DNA of 64,000 nucleotides from an uncultured Candidatus Saccharibacteria bacterium (GCA_964552475.1 CAZKFZ010000002.1:5316-69315), one strand, 5' to 3'. Positions 42,590-52,095 are shown, numbered from the stretch's first letter. Program-made: numbers and translations. The notes: generated by a model not told the origin, from the sequence alone.

Positions 42590-42816
42590 TCAAGCCTCTC
42601 TTCGGCATCGTCGGCGTCATGTAATATGCCACATCTTTCAAGTAGCCACTCTGGATTATCTATCTCTGCGTCATATAGAATACCTACTAGAGAGCCTGCC
42701 ACATCATCTTCATCTTCACAATGTTCTCGCAAGCTTGCAATATCAGCTTTCGTAACAATCTCAAATAATTCTCTAAAAGCATCTAGTTTCTCTAATAGTG
42801 CTAAGTTGGTACTCAT
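42586..42816 (-). CDS. small highly acidic protein, 76 aa
   Basis: Asp/Glu-rich ORF. Translationally coupled to the Cys-rich ORF. Confidence 0.45.
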   Translation of the reverse strand: MSTNLALLEKLDAFRELFEIVTKADIASLREHCEDEDDVAGSLVGILYDAEIDNPEWLLERCGILHDADDAEERLE

Positions 42817-42909
42817 TGCGTCTCCCTGTCTAAAAGGTACTGGCGTTATATTAACATATTTGTAGATGGTACATAAATAAAAACCCCAAGTAAACTTGGG
42901 GTGTTGTTA

Positions 42910-43626
42910 TTAGTTACGACTAGTCATTACTTTTAGTGGGTCGCTAGCTCGCTCAGCTTCTTCACGTGCTTTATTTAGCATGGCAATATCTAACTGGGTA
43001 GATTCACGAATCTCTCGGGCTCTAATCCTGTCTAGATCGCTATAATTATCTAGTTGATTTAGCTCAAGTTCTATAAAATAGTCTAGAGTTCTTTGAGCTT
43101 CGTTTAGTGCAGCCTTGGTCCTGGAGGAGTCGGGCAACTTACGAAGACGCTTAATAATTTTACGAGTCTCATAAATTTGCGAGTAAAATGGGTTTACCCT
43201 TCGGCGATGAATTTTACGCCAGGCCCAGGTAGTAACTAGCTTGAGACCCAATATCGGATTAAAAATGCTTGCAAAAAAGATAGATAGCCTACCGTTAGTA
43301 GTAAGGGGGGCTTCACAGTCTTTAATACGAATACTTGCCCTCCTAAATACGGTGTTTTTTACCCAATAGTAGGCTACCAAGAGGTACGCTGGCACGCCCA
43401 ACGGTAGTTCAAGCCATGGTGCTATTAAGGCCATAGCGATCATTGTGAAAAACGAAGTCATAAACCCGAATACAAAACCAAAGAACGTTTCAGTGGTTAG
43501 ATCGAACGAACTAGGTATGTCGTCCCAACTGTAATACTTATCTATACTATCGTTCGGCATTGTCTCTCCTCTAGAGCTTAGAAGGTGCTGAGGACAAATT
43601 ATAACATAATAATAAAAGTAATACAA
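42910..43626 (-). CDS. membrane protein with C-terminal coiled-coil (238 aa; true start probably internal MPNDS)
   Basis: 2-3 TM helices then a charged helical tail. No motif. Confidence 0.55.
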   Translation of the reverse strand: MYYFYYYVIICPQHLLSSRGETMPNDSIDKYYSWDDIPSSFDLTTETFFGFVFGFMTSFFTMIAMALIAPWLELPLGVPAYLLVAYYWVKNTVFRRASIRIKDCEAPLTTNGRLSIFFASIFNPILGLKLVTTWAWRKIHRRRVNPFYSQIYETRKIIKRLRKLPDSSRTKAALNEAQRTLDYFIELELNQLDNYSDLDRIRAREIRESTQLDIAMLNKAREEAERASDPLKVMTSRN

Positions 43627-43916
43627 TAGTTCTTAACGACCCTTTACAAAACACAAACGGACGATTGATGTTTCAAACGTCCGTTTGTAGAACCTGCCTG
43701 GGAAGGTTTTTCTAGTTCATAAGTTGATTTTCAGTGGTAAGGTGTTCATTTTTTTGTGACAAAGCGTAATTGGTATTACGGAGCGGAGCAAAAAATGGAC
43801 GGATTTCTGCTGGAATCAGGTTTGAGTAAAAAAACATTCTCAGGCAGGTTCTTGATCTTTTACGCTAATCAAAACGCTATTTCCTTTCTAGCACCAATAC
43901 AATTTCAAGTATTAGC

Positions 43917-44081
43917 TTATTTGGTCTTGGTATACATTTTATTGAAAGTTTTAGACTGCAACTTCTCAGCTTTGGTCGCCCACTTGGTCGCCATTTCGTC
44001 TAAAATATCTTCCATTACTTGCTTGTCGCGGAGTAAATTTTGGGGCATCTTACGAATACTGCGTAATACGCGTCTCTTCAT
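43917..44081 (-). CDS. candidate small basic protein (54 aa) with a strong Shine-Dalgarno
   Basis: agaggaggtg lies 7 nt upstream of the ATG (minus strand). Below the track cutoff as annotated here. The competing 139-aa plus-strand ORF looks non-coding (no RBS, low-complexity composition). Confidence 0.35.
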   Translation of the reverse strand: MKRRVLRSIRKMPQNLLRDKQVMEDILDEMATKWATKAEKLQSKTFNKMYTKTK

Positions 44082-44247
44082 TGCACTCACCTCCTCTCTT
44101 AGCATGTTTACACCTATATTATACACACGCTGGTCAAACGAATTTCGTGTAAATATTTATAACTTCAGTGCATAAACTAAGCATAAGCATACAAGCTGAG
44201 AGCAAGCTTAAAAATACTTTATTACAAAAACTTTTTTACAATTTAGC

Positions 44248-44502
44248 TTATTTTATAGCACCTTCAGATAGTAAAATCTGTTTTTTATTTTCACTGCCAC
44301 CACGATTATAATTTCCTAGTTTGCCATCGGCACGAATAACTCTGTGGCATGGAATTCTGGGGTTAAAGTTTTTACTAAGTATAGTACCAACAGCACGTGC
44401 AGCACCCGGCGAGCCTGCCAAGGCAGCTACCTCGCTGTAAGTCAAAGTTTTGCCTTTTGGGATACTTGAGACAACCTCGTAAACTTTATTAGTAAAGCTC
44501 AT
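44248..44502 (-). CDS. ogt: methylated-DNA-protein-cysteine methyltransferase, DNA-binding/active-site domain only
   Basis: 84 aa. PCHRV active-site motif (RIPCHRVIRADGKLGNY). Confidence 0.8.
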   Translation of the reverse strand: MSFTNKVYEVVSSIPKGKTLTYSEVAALAGSPGAARAVGTILSKNFNPRIPCHRVIRADGKLGNYNRGGSENKKQILLSEGAIK

Positions 44503-44539
44503 AATAACTATTATTATAAAATAAAAAGCTATAAATATC

Positions 44540-44947
44540 TTAAAATTTGAACAAGATTGCAGCCATAACTAGCAGGGTAACTAGTTGGTTACCCAAATTT
44601 ATAGCCATTAGCTCTGGTGAACGTCTTTCAAACACTCCACCGCCAACTGCGTAAGTAACTACAAAACCAAACCATATCCACATAGCTAGTTTAAGTGCCT
44701 GCAAGATGTCTTCTGGGTTGGCTATTACTATAAATCTTTTCAGCACAAAGGCAGATACAAATGCCATTACTAGCATCACTACCATACCCTTTAGCATGCC
44801 TTTCTTCATATCACTGTCTTTTAGGCCAACCAACTTTTGCCAATGCTTACCAAACATTACTTGTGAATACCACAAGCTACCAATTGCCATAGCGGCAACG
44901 GTTGCAAGTAGTATACCTTGCCAGTTGTTAGTAAAAAATTCTAACAT
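44540..44947 (-). CDS. DUF1761-like membrane protein
   Basis: 135 aa, 4 TM. LWYSQVMFGKHWQKLVG resembles the DUF1761 signature. Confidence 0.5.
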   Translation of the reverse strand: MLEFFTNNWQGILLATVAAMAIGSLWYSQVMFGKHWQKLVGLKDSDMKKGMLKGMVVMLVMAFVSAFVLKRFIVIANPEDILQALKLAMWIWFGFVVTYAVGGGVFERRSPELMAINLGNQLVTLLVMAAILFKF

Positions 44948-45051
44948 TATTTAATTCTCCTTTTTAAAGTTGTTATGTTTAAATATATTATGCTCTTTGT
45001 AAGATTATTTTTCAAATGCTTAACCACTTTGTTGTAACTTTATAGATAAGT

Positions 45052-45279
45052 CTAGGCACTACTTATCAATTTAAATCGTGGTACCGTTTTACCCCTGTAC
45101 TCAACAACTTCACTAAACATCTTGGCCGGACGTACCCACACTTGACTCTCGAGGTTGTCATATAAACTTACATATACCACCATTTCTTCAAGCGTTTCGC
45201 TATGCTTAGCTAAAGCCAAAACTAAGTATTTATTACCTTTGTAGTGTTTATAAATACCTGGCTCAATTTTCTTCATCAA
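45052..45279 (-). CDS. DUF1653 domain protein
   Basis: 75 aa. YKHYKGNKYLVLALAKHSETLEEMVVY matches the DUF1653 core. Confidence 0.6.
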   Translation of the reverse strand: MMKKIEPGIYKHYKGNKYLVLALAKHSETLEEMVVYVSLYDNLESQVWVRPAKMFSEVVEYRGKTVPRFKLISSA

Positions 45280-47129
45280 TAACTCTCTTTCTTGTTAAAA
45301 ACTCCCTTGGAGTGAGCGCGCAAGGCATTGAGTATTACGGCTACATCCACAACTTCTTGTAGTACCGCACCATAAAGTGGCGGAATTTTTCCGAGTGCCG
45401 CAAAAATCATTAGTACTATACTAAGCCCAATACCTACCAATATACTCTGTTTGGCAATAAGTACACTTCTCTTGGCTACAGAGATTGCATCGGCAACCTT
45501 GCTAATGTCGTCTAGCATTATAACCACATCGGCAGATTCTGAAGCTGCGGTTGAACCCTTCGCGCCTAGCGCAATACCTACATCGGCTGCTGCTAGAGTT
45601 GGGGCGTCATTTACACCGTCACCCACCATACCAATAACGTTTTTGTGGGATGTGTATTCTTCTATAACATGTAGCTTGTCTACCGGTAAAAGCGAGGCGT
45701 GTACATCGCCTATACCCACCTCTTGAGCAATGGTCTTAGCCACCTCTTCTTTGTCGCCGGTCAACATTAATGTCTTGTTTATACCAAGATTTTTTAGAGA
45801 TTTAAGTGTATTTAATGCATTAGTTCTAATGGGGTCGGCAAAGACAATCGAGCCCAAAAACTTCTTACCTTCGGCAATAAACATAGTTGTTTTGACGCTC
45901 TTACTATCTTGTTTAGGAATTTTTACACCAAACTCAGCTAAGAAACTTAGCTTACCCACATGAATATCTCTACTACCAAATTTAGCACTTATACCTCCGC
46001 CAACCAGCTCATGAGCTTCATTGGGTTTGGCGAGAATAATATGTCTTCGCCTTGCTTCGGCCACAACAACGCTGGCAAGTATATGATTACTATCTTGTTC
46101 AACAGAAGCAGCAAGTTTTAATAATCTAGCTTCACTTACGCCATTTGGATTTATTGTAGAAATAGTAGGTTTGTTTTGAGTAAGAGTGCCTGTTTTATCA
46201 AAGGCCAAAACTTTTAGCATTGCTAGCTTTTCAAGGCTCGCACCATCTTTAATTATTATACCCAAATGTGCTGCTCGACTCATACCAGATACAATAGCTA
46301 CAGGGGTAGCAATAATAAGCGGGCAAGGTGTAGCTACTACCAAGACCGCCAAGGCTCGTACTGGATCTCCACTAATAAACCATGCAATAGCCGCCAACCC
46401 AAAGGAAATAATAGTAAAAGGCACACTATAGGCATCTGCTAGCCTAACTATTGGCGACTTACTAGATGCTGCCGAACGAACCAACTCAATAATTTGTTCA
46501 TATTGGCTATCACCACTTGAACGAATTGCTCTTATTTGCACTGGTGAATCTTGATTAATAGTACCAGATAATACCGAATCATTTTTTTGTTTGTCGATTG
46601 GTAGGCTCTCGCCGGTTATTGCCGATTCGTCAAAACTACTGTTACCACTTAAAATAGTTCCATCTACTGGCACTACCTCTCCAGGTTTAATAAGTAGGGT
46701 GTCGTTTGGGTTAATCTTTGTGACAGCAACATTTACAAACTCTTTGCCACGTTTTACATGTGCTATTTTTGGTACTCTACTAAGCAAGCTTTTTAATTCT
46801 TTTTGAGCACGAGATTTGGCATATTCTTCTAGGGCGGTACCGCCTGTAAACATTAACAGTATTACGCCTGCTGTAGCATATTCGCGCAGTGCCAATGAAG
46901 ACAAAACTGCTACAACAGCAATAATATCTACACCAAACCGTTTATTCCACAAGTCTTTTGCTATCGCTTTCAGTTCTGGCAATATTCCAATTACACAAAG
47001 TATTACTACTAGTTTTTGGCTGACCGCAATACTGCCTAGTATATAAAACAAAATACTTACAGTTAGCCCAATACCCACAAAAACAAGCCAGCCATATTTT
47101 TTTAAAAATGAATTTTTTAAAAGTCTCAT
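45276..47129 (-). CDS. heavy-metal P1B-type ATPase lacking an N-terminal metal-binding domain (TPC transmembrane motif)
   Basis: DKTGTLT and GDGVNDAP motifs. The TM metal motif is TPC (VATPCPLIIATP) instead of CPC. Starts directly with TM helices. 617 aa. Confidence 0.85.
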   Translation of the reverse strand: MRLLKNSFLKKYGWLVFVGIGLTVSILFYILGSIAVSQKLVVILCVIGILPELKAIAKDLWNKRFGVDIIAVVAVLSSLALREYATAGVILLMFTGGTALEEYAKSRAQKELKSLLSRVPKIAHVKRGKEFVNVAVTKINPNDTLLIKPGEVVPVDGTILSGNSSFDESAITGESLPIDKQKNDSVLSGTINQDSPVQIRAIRSSGDSQYEQIIELVRSAASSKSPIVRLADAYSVPFTIISFGLAAIAWFISGDPVRALAVLVVATPCPLIIATPVAIVSGMSRAAHLGIIIKDGASLEKLAMLKVLAFDKTGTLTQNKPTISTINPNGVSEARLLKLAASVEQDSNHILASVVVAEARRRHIILAKPNEAHELVGGGISAKFGSRDIHVGKLSFLAEFGVKIPKQDSKSVKTTMFIAEGKKFLGSIVFADPIRTNALNTLKSLKNLGINKTLMLTGDKEEVAKTIAQEVGIGDVHASLLPVDKLHVIEEYTSHKNVIGMVGDGVNDAPTLAAADVGIALGAKGSTAASESADVVIMLDDISKVADAISVAKRSVLIAKQSILVGIGLSIVLMIFAALGKIPPLYGAVLQEVVDVAVILNALRAHSKGVFNKKESY

Positions 47130-47293
47130 GCTTATATTATTATACAGGTAATTTAAGTGTAGTTATGGTATCTCAATAGTGGTTAATATCTATTCTTTAT
47201 TAGCATAAATAGTATTGACTTATACTTAATAATTTGTTAGCATTGTAATTCGTCCAAAAATGGATGTGCCGCTAATTTAGGGGGGTAAAAGAG

Positions 47294-47509
47294 TTGGTTA
47301 GCAGTAAAATCACTAGTACCTTACTTGCACCATTGAGACTAGTTTCTTCGGTTGCAACAGTTCTTCATGGGGTAGAAAGTGCCAGGCGAGCCGAAGCAGG
47401 TCTACAAAGCGCAATGGAAAATAGAGCACTTCATCATCATTACGTAACTAAACGCCTAAATGACATAACATCTACAACTCAAGTGGTTGTTGACCCCAGA
47501 GCGGCATAA
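47294..47509 (+). CDS. candidate small ORF (71 aa, TTG start) between the two ATPase genes
   Basis: Preceded by a G-rich RBS (gggggtaaaagag) and followed by a clean terminator. Composition is weakly protein-like. Confidence 0.3.
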   Translation: MVSSKITSTLLAPLRLVSSVATVLHGVESARRAEAGLQSAMENRALHHHYVTKRLNDITSTTQVVVDPRAA

Positions 47510-47519
47510 CAACTACACG

Positions 47520-47550
47520 CCCATACCTTTTACAGGGTATGGGTATTTTT
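47520..47550 (+). terminator. rho-independent terminator
   Basis: Hairpin cccatacc-ttttacag-ggtatggg followed by tatttttatatttt. Confidence 0.7.
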
Positions 47551-47566
47551 ATATTTTCTAAAGAAA

Positions 47567-50005
47567 TTAATTTTTTCTATAAAGTTTTTGATATAATCTG
47601 TCGCCAAAATGATTGTTGGCTAGTAGTTTTTGTAAAGTAATGCCTATAAAAGACATAATAATCGCGATCAGAACCGTTAGTATTGAGGTGGGCTTATCTA
47701 AACCAAAAAAGTTAGACAAGGGGTGTACCCAGAAAACCAAGACAACAACTAGCCCCATCACCACATAAGACAGATAAATATAAGCTTGTTGGGTGCTATT
47801 TTTATTCGCCTGCATAGCGCCAGGAATAATACTAATTGTAAAAACACTCATTATTGCAAAACAAATATAAGCAACTATTTGTGGGTTAGCGCTACTTAAA
47901 TTAAACACCGAGATAGCTATGTAGTAAGTGATAAGAGTCAGCAAAGCAATTACCGTGCCATTAGTAATAGAAAATGGTAGTGTGCGTTTCAAAAAACTTG
48001 CATCATGTATACTGCGTTCGCGACTACGTGGCCAAATTCCCCAGAGAAATATAGGAAACCCAACTATAAAGAGGTTTAGTAAAGTAATATTTCTGGGTGT
48101 AAATGGATAATTTACATTAATAACTAGCGTGCCAGCCAACAACAATACTCCACTCCAAACCCTGCTAAAAAACAGGCAGGCAATCATTTCTAGGGTGGTA
48201 ATGATTGTGTCTGATAGCTTTACTCCTGCCGGTAGTGCCGCAAATGAATCGTTAATAAGTATCGCATCGGCGATTTGACGACTAGCCGGTGCACCAGAAA
48301 ACATCGCTATACCTACATCTGCTCTTTTGATGGCCAAGGCGTCGTTGGCACCATCACCAATCATAGCGGTTGGGCCAGATTTTTGTGCTGCTCTAATAAT
48401 TTGTTCTTTTTGGCTAGGCAGTACTCTGGCAAACAGGGGTTTTTGCTTGATTAGTTGAGCGAGTTTGGTAATGCTGTATTTTTCTATACGTGAGCCCTCA
48501 ATAACCCTACTGTTATGATCTATGCCAGCAAGATCGGCAATTGCTCTTACTGTCTTGGCATTATCACCAGAGATAACTAATATTTGTACTCCTCTATCTT
48601 GTAAATAATTTACTATGTCTTTGGTAGCAGCCTTCAAAGGGTTGTTCATGAGTATTAACCCAGATACGGTTAAGTTTTTTAAACTCTTTGGCTTAGTCAT
48701 GTCGCCATCGTCTGCAACACCCACAAACAATACTCTCTTGGCCATAGTTGTATATTGCTGAAGTTGGCTTTCTAGCCATTTTTTTTGACTAGCTGGAAGT
48801 TGGTTTACAAAATAATCACTAGCACCTACTATGACAATCTTTTTGGTTTTTTCCAATTTAAAGGCCGCATATTTTCGTTCTGAAGAGAACGACAAAAGAT
48901 CGCTTATTTTGTATGGTTTTTCGTTTATAGAGGCTTCTCTAAGTGCCATCATGGTACTTGTATTGGTAGATTCACCCAAAGAGTACGAGGCAACAAGCTT
49001 TGCTAGTTCATTTTTACCTGCTAGCGAATCCTCATAACTTATCAACTTTTCAAATACTGGCTGATTCTCTGTAAGCGTACCGGTTTTGTCTACACACACA
49101 GTTGCCACTCTACCGAGTATTTCAATAGAATTGATTTGTTGTAATAAGACTTTTTGTTGAGACATCTTAATTGCCCCATAAGTAAAAAATACTGTACTAG
49201 TCAGTACCAAGCCTTCGGCAATAATAGTAGACGCAATTGCCGCTATTTGATTTATAGCAGAAGACAAATGACCTCCCGCAGAATGAGATCGTATAAGTAT
49301 AGCTACCGCAATTATTACCAGTATAACTGCCATTTGTTGAATAAAAGTTAGCATACTGCGTTGAATAGGTGAAAGATTACGGCTGTATTTTTTTAAACTT
49401 TCTGTCATTGTAGCCAAATAGCTTGACTCGGCAGTTTTTTCCGCCTTCAGCTCGGCTGAGCCAGCGACTATTATGCTACCAGCTAGTAATTTGTCATTAA
49501 CTCGTTTGGTAATATTATCAGATTCACCAGTCAGCATAGCCTCGTTACATTCACAACTACTAGACTTAATAATAATTCCGTCTACAGGCACCTGGTCGCC
49601 TAAAGTTGTTTTTATTATGTCGCCAACACAAATTTCTTCGGCAAGCACTTTAAGCTCTTTTGACCCGCGTTGAATGCTATATTTTGTAGCTATTGAAGTT
49701 TGAAGTTTTTCTAGAGCTATTCTAGAACGTAGTTCTTGGGTAATACCTATAATAATATTGATAGTTATTACTAGCCCCAAAAAAAAGCCGTCGCGGGTAT
49801 CACCAATAAATATTAGTATTAGCGACAATCCGCCAATTATTACCGACACTAAAGAGAATATATTGCGTAGTAAAATTGGGCCAAGGTCTTTTAGAATAGC
49901 TTTGAGTAGTGGCTTTTTCATGGCTAGTCTGGGCAGGTAGAGTTGTATTCCGAAAGCTGAAGGCTCTTTTCGGATTCGTTGTAGTTGTATACAGTTATTC
50001 CGCAA
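47567..50005 (-). CDS. cation-transporting P-type ATPase (P2-like, HAD superfamily)
   Basis: DKTGTLTEN, GDGANDALAIKRADVGIAM and 8-10 TM. The true start is probably the internal MKKPLL (about 49921), which removes the overlap with the upstream gene. Confidence 0.85.
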   Translation of the reverse strand: MRNNCIQLQRIRKEPSAFGIQLYLPRLAMKKPLLKAILKDLGPILLRNIFSLVSVIIGGLSLILIFIGDTRDGFFLGLVITINIIIGITQELRSRIALEKLQTSIATKYSIQRGSKELKVLAEEICVGDIIKTTLGDQVPVDGIIIKSSSCECNEAMLTGESDNITKRVNDKLLAGSIIVAGSAELKAEKTAESSYLATMTESLKKYSRNLSPIQRSMLTFIQQMAVILVIIAVAILIRSHSAGGHLSSAINQIAAIASTIIAEGLVLTSTVFFTYGAIKMSQQKVLLQQINSIEILGRVATVCVDKTGTLTENQPVFEKLISYEDSLAGKNELAKLVASYSLGESTNTSTMMALREASINEKPYKISDLLSFSSERKYAAFKLEKTKKIVIVGASDYFVNQLPASQKKWLESQLQQYTTMAKRVLFVGVADDGDMTKPKSLKNLTVSGLILMNNPLKAATKDIVNYLQDRGVQILVISGDNAKTVRAIADLAGIDHNSRVIEGSRIEKYSITKLAQLIKQKPLFARVLPSQKEQIIRAAQKSGPTAMIGDGANDALAIKRADVGIAMFSGAPASRQIADAILINDSFAALPAGVKLSDTIITTLEMIACLFFSRVWSGVLLLAGTLVINVNYPFTPRNITLLNLFIVGFPIFLWGIWPRSRERSIHDASFLKRTLPFSITNGTVIALLTLITYYIAISVFNLSSANPQIVAYICFAIMSVFTISIIPGAMQANKNSTQQAYIYLSYVVMGLVVVLVFWVHPLSNFFGLDKPTSILTVLIAIIMSFIGITLQKLLANNHFGDRLYQKLYRKN

Positions 50006-50622
50006 TTTTTAGGTTCACTACCTGGTGGCCACGAAATAGCTTGCTCGTAATCCCAATGCTCGAGTAAGAATCTAAAGGCTCTTATAGTGCCCCCGTGTGT
50101 TACTACCATTATTTTTTGGCCGGCGTGCTGAGCAAAGATCATACCTAAAAACTGGTGTACACGCTCAGTCATCTTAGCAATACTTTCACCACCCACCGGG
50201 TAAGCAAAAAAACCGCCGTAAGTGCTCCAGTATTCTTGAAGCCATGGAAAAGCTTCTTTCGCTTCGGGCTCGGTCATGTCATAAGCGTAGCCAGGGTCTC
50301 GCTCGCGAATAAATAGATTGTGACGATACTTCATTTTGTCTCTTTCTTCGTCTGTGTAGGCTTTTAGAATTGCTTGTAGGGTATCTTCTGTGCGTTTATA
50401 ACCAGAGTGGTAAATATAATCGAAAGAACCAAACCGTTCGCGTATGTATTTACCGGTTTTTTGTGCATGCTTCTCGCCCACTTCGGTTATGGGTATTTTA
50501 TAATCGGCTATACCTTGTACATGACGCCTTGCATATTCGTCGGCAAAATACACCGAACTTTTAGCTTTGTTGCGTACGCTCTCGGCATGACGTACTAGTA
50601 TAAGTTGTTTTGGTCTATCCAT
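49924..50622 (-). CDS. histidine phosphatase family protein (phosphoglycerate-mutase-like)
   Basis: RHG motif LVRHAESVRN. 232 aa. Confidence 0.8.
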   Translation of the reverse strand: MDRPKQLILVRHAESVRNKAKSSVYFADEYARRHVQGIADYKIPITEVGEKHAQKTGKYIRERFGSFDYIYHSGYKRTEDTLQAILKAYTDEERDKMKYRHNLFIRERDPGYAYDMTEPEAKEAFPWLQEYWSTYGGFFAYPVGGESIAKMTERVHQFLGMIFAQHAGQKIMVVTHGGTIRAFRFLLEHWDYEQAISWPPGSEPKNCGITVYNYNESEKSLQLSEYNSTCPD

Positions 50623-50672
50623 GTTTTAATTATAACAAAACCCAAGTTTAAATCTTGGGTTATTTTTAGTAT

Positions 50673-51038
50673 TTAATTTAGAGAAGACTTGTTTAAGATT
50701 CTAGAGCTATTCAATTCTTCAATGACATCATCGACGTACTGCTTAGCTTGTTCTTCATCAAAATCTGGATTAGATTCCATAAAAAGTTCCAGAAGGCAAG
50801 CAACTAGTTTCTCTTCACCCAAAATAAGTACAAAGTGCCAGTCGGAAGCATGTGGGGTCATAGCACCATCACGCCACACGTATGTTCCTCTGGTGTTGGC
50901 TGTGATACTAGAACCTCTAAAGAATGCTCCTTCGCCCTTTACCATTGCCCCTTGTGAATATTCCTCAACAATAATTTGAAGCAAGCTTCTTTTACGTAAG
51001 TTGAAATCAATTTTGTATAACATAGTGGGCTTGGTCAT
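50673..51038 (-). CDS. hypothetical protein (121 aa)
   Basis: ORF with no motif. Confidence 0.5.
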   Translation of the reverse strand: MTKPTMLYKIDFNLRKRSLLQIIVEEYSQGAMVKGEGAFFRGSSITANTRGTYVWRDGAMTPHASDWHFVLILGEEKLVACLLELFMESNPDFDEEQAKQYVDDVIEELNSSRILNKSSLN

Positions 51039-51102
51039 CTAAAAACTCTTTTCTTTTATATAAGGTGCGTGTATCTAATCTTTATACTTTTATAATTATT
51101 TT

Positions 51103-51141
51103 TCAAGCATGAGTAAAACCCCTCACCATTTCGGTGAGGGG
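51103..51141. repeat. 39-nt hairpin-containing repeat, copy 1 (terminator of 51148..51975)
   Basis: tcaagcatGagtaaaacccctcaccatttcggtgagggg is identical except for 1 nt to copy 2 at 52048..52086. The shared sequence extends 5' beyond the hairpin. Confidence 0.8.
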
Positions 51142-51147
51142 CGTAGA

Positions 51148-51975
51148 TTATATATCTTGAGCTTGCCTAAGTAAGTCTACAAGCCTACTTTTTGCAGTAT
51201 TTACGTCTTCAATGTCTGGGCCAAAAACTGGTCTATGTAGAAGTTTATCACCTTGAGTAGATGTAAGAACTTTTTCGCCGTCTGGATCCAATACTTCATA
51301 ATGCCACTCTTGTGCCATATTACTGTGTCCTGGCAAGAATGCTATTGCGATCCAGCCATCTTCTTCATATCTGGTGTACTCTTCCCATTTTGGTGGTTGC
51401 GGTTCATGATAATCAGTTATAACCGCCCCTTCAAGACCAATTTTCTTTTCCTTGAAAAGTTCTCTAATTGGCTCCCACATGTGACCCACGAATCTATCAA
51501 CAATTTCCGCTAGCGTTTGAATGTAAAAGTAGCCACCCCAAAAGGCTGCACCACCAGATATTTCACCAATAAATTCACCGTTTTTTACTTTTTCAATCAA
51601 ATCGTTTACTACCAATTCAACGTCAATAAAGCCGATGTCATGCCAATTACCTGAGAATCTTTCAATATATTCGTGTCTTAGCTCAAGAATCCTTAAGTGG
51701 GCTGCAGTTGCTTTATAAAGACAATTTGTAGTTGAACCCAAATTGATTTTTTGATTGGGCCGTACAGGGTCTTGTATCCACCCAACGCCTTCGGTAAATT
51801 CACATACACACTTGAATTCGCGACCTTGGTATTGTCTTCCTTCTATTGTCTCACCTTCGAGATGCATCCATGCACACTCATGACCATCAATAGTAATTAG
51901 ACGTACTATGTCGTAGCTTGGATTAGCTGTTCTGGCCGCGTAATACCTAGGTAGCAATTCAACAATTGATGCCAT
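51148..51975 (-). CDS. hypothetical cytoplasmic protein (275 aa) flanked by the duplicated terminator element
   Basis: ORF rich in Trp/Tyr/Glu. No recognisable motif. Confidence 0.6.
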   Translation of the reverse strand: MASIVELLPRYYAARTANPSYDIVRLITIDGHECAWMHLEGETIEGRQYQGREFKCVCEFTEGVGWIQDPVRPNQKINLGSTTNCLYKATAAHLRILELRHEYIERFSGNWHDIGFIDVELVVNDLIEKVKNGEFIGEISGGAAFWGGYFYIQTLAEIVDRFVGHMWEPIRELFKEKKIGLEGAVITDYHEPQPPKWEEYTRYEEDGWIAIAFLPGHSNMAQEWHYEVLDPDGEKVLTSTQGDKLLHRPVFGPDIEDVNTAKSRLVDLLRQAQDI

Positions 51976-52047
51976 ATTATTTCCTTAGGTTCGCTTGTCA
52001 TTGTCTAGACAAGATCTGAAGATATTTTACAGTATTTTCGTAAAAAC

Positions 52048-52086
52048 TCAAGCATAAGTAAAACCCCTCACCATTTCGGTGAGGGG
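52048..52086. repeat. 39-nt hairpin-containing repeat, copy 2 (terminator of the ABC exporter gene)
   Basis: tcaagcatAagtaaaacccctcaccatttcggtgagggg. Confidence 0.8.
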
Positions 52087-52095
52087 TGGGGTGAT

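Noticed and set aside
43756-44175. 139-aa plus-strand ORF in the 43.6-44.2 kb interval
   Set aside because: No RBS, a Leu/Phe/Ile-rich low-complexity translation, and it overlaps the better-supported SD-led 54-aa minus-strand ORF.
45451-47046. Multiple 70-90-aa plus-strand ORFs inside the heavy-metal ATPase gene
   Set aside because: They are Ser/Thr/Ala-rich antisense translations of a GC-skewed coding region, with no start signals. Artefacts.
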